Origin: a virus | Taxonomy: Duplodnaviria > Heunggongvirae > Uroviricota > Caudoviricetes | Direction: 5' to 3' (one strand) | Virus record (IMG/VR): IMGVR_UViG_3300042991_000725 | Location: 1 to 59,631 of that record | DNA: 59,631 nt | Shown: positions 57,174 to 59,631 of the stretch, in pieces | Layout of the letters: each line of letters starts with the position of its first letter | Numbering within the stretch: the first letter of the stretch is position 1 | Notes under the pieces: generated by a model | What the model saw: only the letters and a program-made list of their open reading frames with translations | Databases searched by the model: none | What the model was told of the DNA's origin: nothing | Program-made: the position numbers and the translations under genes

Positions 57174-57632
57174 TTATCTTAACAACTTCCATTTCACAGT
57201 AACTATTCCGTGTCGTTTATTCAAACCAAGCTCGTTCCATAATCCATCAGATAAATCAATTCCTGCTTTATTTCTGGCCCTTCCCCACGCCTTCGGCAGA
57301 CGTTTTCCGCTTTCTGCTAATGGTCTGTTTCCATTTTTCCAATAGGGGTCACGAATGCTATGTGGCCCCACATCTAAAACCTTGCAGATTACAGTCTGTT
57401 TATTGGATATAACAGCCACCATGCTGCCCAATACACAACGACTTGGTAGTGCAACAAATATATCATGAGGCTTGATAATATGCCCGGACGCTGTTTGTTT
57501 CCCAACTAGTCCAATGCGAGTCGCTTTAACTTTGTGCCATCCAGAAGCATCGTTTACCTGTCTATCCCAACCTCCAGAGTTTAATGATGCACATACAATC
57601 ATTGCAAAACTAAACGCTATCATTGTTTTCAT
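57174..57632 (-). CDS. Signal-peptide RlpA/3D-like double-psi beta-barrel protein (putative lytic transglycosylase)
   Basis: Hydrophobic N-terminus; TASG, FVALP, V.DVGP, IDLS. Confidence 0.7.
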   Translation of the reverse strand: MKTMIAFSFAMIVCASLNSGGWDRQVNDASGWHKVKATRIGLVGKQTASGHIIKPHDIFVALPSRCVLGSMVAVISNKQTVICKVLDVGPHSIRDPYWKNGNRPLAESGKRLPKAWGRARNKAGIDLSDGLWNELGLNKRHGIVTVKWKLLR

Positions 57633-57825
57633 AAATAGTTCTCCAGCTTAATCTCCACTCTTTCTTGAATGCATGGCCGACAACATACAGTCTGTTCTTG
57701 CCCACAAGATATTTGATGATCGGAGCTGCATCTTTAACTATGTCATTTTCAAGCAATAATCCTGCCGTAAAATATGGGGCTTCTATCCTGCACAACTCTT
57801 GCTTCCCTAATAATTTTTCTTTCAT
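57610..57825 (-). CDS. Hypothetical protein
   Basis: RIEAPYFTAG...AAPII.Y..G. Confidence 0.6.
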   Translation of the reverse strand: MKEKLLGKQELCRIEAPYFTAGLLLENDIVKDAAPIIKYLVGKNRLYVVGHAFKKEWRLSWRTIYENNDSV

Positions 57826-57837
57826 TTCACCCTCTAT

Positions 57838-58014
57838 TCATGGCCAAAGGACAGCGAAAACACCCCTAAGATTCTCTTCTTCTAGTTTCCCAACTTGTAC
57901 AACACGCACTTCATTAAAACCGTTGCCTTCCCTGTCTATGGACAGAGCCACATTAATATTTCCATATTTTTTATTTATTGCATTTAATTTCTTAACGAGT
58001 TTGCTAATCTCCAT
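57838..58014 (-). CDS. Small hypothetical protein (58 aa)
   Basis: Manual translation MEISKLVKKLNAI...DREGNGFN. Confidence 0.55.
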   Translation of the reverse strand: MEISKLVKKLNAINKKYGNINVALSIDREGNGFNEVRVVQVGKLEEENLRGVFAVLWP

Positions 58015-58104
58015 ATAGAATTCCTTTTATGTCATTTGTCCTATATTGTTGGATCAACCCTATCTCTTTCTTGTTTATATAATATAAGTCGTTAGTTCCC
58101 ATAA

Positions 58105-58401
58105 TCAGCCCTTTTTTTTGCCGTTTTTGACTCTATTAAAAATATCTTCAAACTTTTCTTTTTGACAATCAAAGCAATCTGAAATAAAACCCGAGTCTTC
58201 TTCACTCAACTCTGCTTTCTTCACCACATATGTAAACATAGAGTCCATAAACTTCATATTGTGTTCGTGTATGAACGAAACTGCTGCATGAATTCTATTT
58301 TCTATACGTCTAAATTTATTTTCTATTTTCTTCCCAACATAATAGCCGATGCCAAATCCAAACATTGCGCCTCCAGCAACGCCTATTATTCCATCAATCA
58401 T
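58105..58401 (-). CDS. Membrane-anchored hypothetical protein
   Basis: MIDGIIGVAGGAMFGFGIGYYVG TM segment. Confidence 0.6.
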   Translation of the reverse strand: MIDGIIGVAGGAMFGFGIGYYVGKKIENKFRRIENRIHAAVSFIHEHNMKFMDSMFTYVVKKAELSEEDSGFISDCFDCQKEKFEDIFNRVKNGKKKG

Positions 58402-58768
58402 TCTGTTTCCCCTGACTGGGATAGTCATCCATGCTGTATTCGGGCGCGGGTCTACCAACAACTGTTTCATAGCCATGCTCATCAATGTGGCAATAAACGC
58501 CATCGGCGCGAACGTATACATTCTCTTCTTTTCCAATCGGCAAAATGAAACTTCTTTCTCTCCGTACATCGTTCCACAAAGCTGCAAGGCAGTCGATAGC
58601 CAAATTTGTTATAACACGCTTAGCCTCAGTCACATATTTAACCGGCCCAACACAGCCACATTTGCTACAAACGATGGAGCGCACAATCCCACGCTCATCT
58701 TCATCCATTTCTGGTTCGCTACCACAAAACGGACAAGACAATAGTTTTCTCACGACATTATCCTCCAA
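58394..58768 (-). CDS. Lar-family restriction alleviation-like protein
   Basis: LLSCPFCGS...IVCSKCG...A.....WN. Confidence 0.78.
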   Translation of the reverse strand: MEDNVVRKLLSCPFCGSEPEMDEDERGIVRSIVCSKCGCVGPVKYVTEAKRVITNLAIDCLAALWNDVRRERSFILPIGKEENVYVRADGVYCHIDEHGYETVVGRPAPEYSMDDYPSQGKQND

Positions 58769-58773
58769 TTAAA

Positions 58774-59121
58774 TTAATCATGCCAAGCATCCTGACATGT
58801 GCCACACTTGACATCACTGCCTAGTATCTTGCCCATCTTTTCTTCCGTCTTGGCTTTAAATTCAGCCCCAGTCTCGCTGTCGCCAATAGAGGCCCAAGAC
58901 GCTCCGACACCAATGCGTTCGCTGTCATAATTATATTCAAGAATAAGCCCTGTTCCTTCAATCTTCTTTTCTAAGAAACGTTGTAGATCAAAATCTTCCG
59001 AATCTACATCTTTCATTTGTCCTCTCAAAATATTTTTGAAATCCTCTACGTTAGTGTATATACCATAAATCAAAAACGAACTCGTGCTGCTGTTGGATAC
59101 GAAACCTGTACGAATTTTCAT
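58774..59121 (-). CDS. MKIRxGFVSNSSxSSF-family phage protein
   Basis: N-terminus MKIRTGFVSNSSTSSFLIYG; SD GGAG. Confidence 0.85.
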   Translation of the reverse strand: MKIRTGFVSNSSTSSFLIYGIYTNVEDFKNILRGQMKDVDSEDFDLQRFLEKKIEGTGLILEYNYDSERIGVGASWASIGDSETGAEFKAKTEEKMGKILGSDVKCGTCQDAWHD

Positions 59122-59132
59122 GATTTCTCCAT

Positions 59133-59390
59133 TCAAATGTTAAATATTGAGCATAAGCGACAATTTGCTAAAAGTCTCTGTCTGAAATTTCTGAATAAAT
59201 CACTATACCAGATGTCGTGGAATAATTCACAGTTCTGTTATTTATCCAAATGATTTTCCCTCCAATGTTATAAATTGGACAATCTCGGCAATTTTGTCAT
59301 TTTCATATGTTCTACACTTTGTTTGTATAAATATCTAAGTCTATTTTCAGACAAATTAATCTTTGACCTATTCATGTCTTTATGAACCCA
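59133..59390 (-). pseudogene. Relic HNH C-terminus plus degenerate second SPASM C-terminus
   Basis: Same frame as upstream gene: WVHKDMNRSK...LYKQSVEH* then HWRE...*QNCELFHDIWYSDLFRNFRQRLLANCRLCSIFNI*. Confidence 0.5.
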
Positions 59391-59631
59391 TTAAATATTG
59401 ATATTTTCAAATAACAAACATTTCCTACATCCAGACGGATAACAAGTATTTATAGATATATTCCGATATTTTGATAATTTTTCAGAGAACCACACATCCT
59501 TCAAAAAATCTTTACAATTCAATACGTCTATGCCTTCCGCCCATTCGCCTTCTCCAGCCGCGAAACTACACGGAAAATATTTCCCAAAAACATCAATATA
59601 ACAAGAACTTATGCCAAAACTCTCACAGCTT
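59391..59631 (-). CDS. Radical SAM protein, SPASM-domain C-terminus (5' part outside window)
   Basis: Manual translation SCESFGISSCYIDVFGKYFPCSF...NCKDFLKDVWFS...CRKC. Confidence 0.8.
   Translation of the reverse strand, partial: SCESFGISSCYIDVFGKYFPCSFAAGEGEWAEGIDVLNCKDFLKDVWFSEKLSKYRNISINTCYPSGCRKCLLFENINI

Noticed and set aside
1-59631. Stop-codon reassignment
   Set aside because: Long genes are intact under code 11 and TAA, TAG and TGA all end well-supported genes.

Overview
This window is a 59.6 kb slice of a large, AT-rich tailed dsDNA phage (Caudoviricetes). No sheath gene is visible, so the tail is probably long and non-contractile. The genome uses standard code 11, with genes ending in TAA, TAG and TGA. 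From 1 to 24.2 kb (+) is a virion module: neck and head-completion genes, tail tube, two paralogous chaperone-like genes, a 1618-aa tape measure protein, tail tip and receptor-binding proteins. From 24.3 to 52.8 kb (+) is a replication, recombination and nucleotide-metabolism module: RecA, UDG, a UDP-sugar dehydrogenase, DnaB, DnaG, dNMP kinase, a Cas4-like nuclease, DnaE, PRTase, GuaC, a radical SAM enzyme, SSB, a GT4 glycosyltransferase, a Rad52-like SSAP, a Whirly-like protein, DeoC, an HNH and an NDT-like protein. From 52.8 to 59.6 kb (-) is a convergent block of small accessory genes plus a sigma factor, RuvB, a DPBB muralytic-like protein, Lar, an MKIRTGFVSNSS-family protein and a truncated radical SAM/SPASM gene. 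Main observations: (1) the Pol III alpha (dnaE) gene is split without an intein into two genes 5.3 kb apart, with ten cargo genes between them and a GC-rich structured RNA candidate just before the second half; (2) a splicease-like radical SAM enzyme co-occurs with a virion-module protein carrying 14 [VIF]-Y-G repeats that straddle a frameshift; (3) a phage Whirly-like ssDNA-binding protein; (4) an array of small accessory genes joined by a conserved 19-bp SD/stop/start junction on both strands; (5) a radical SAM/SPASM gene next to an FVSNSS-motif protein. All protein calls come from motif recognition by eye; no searches were run.
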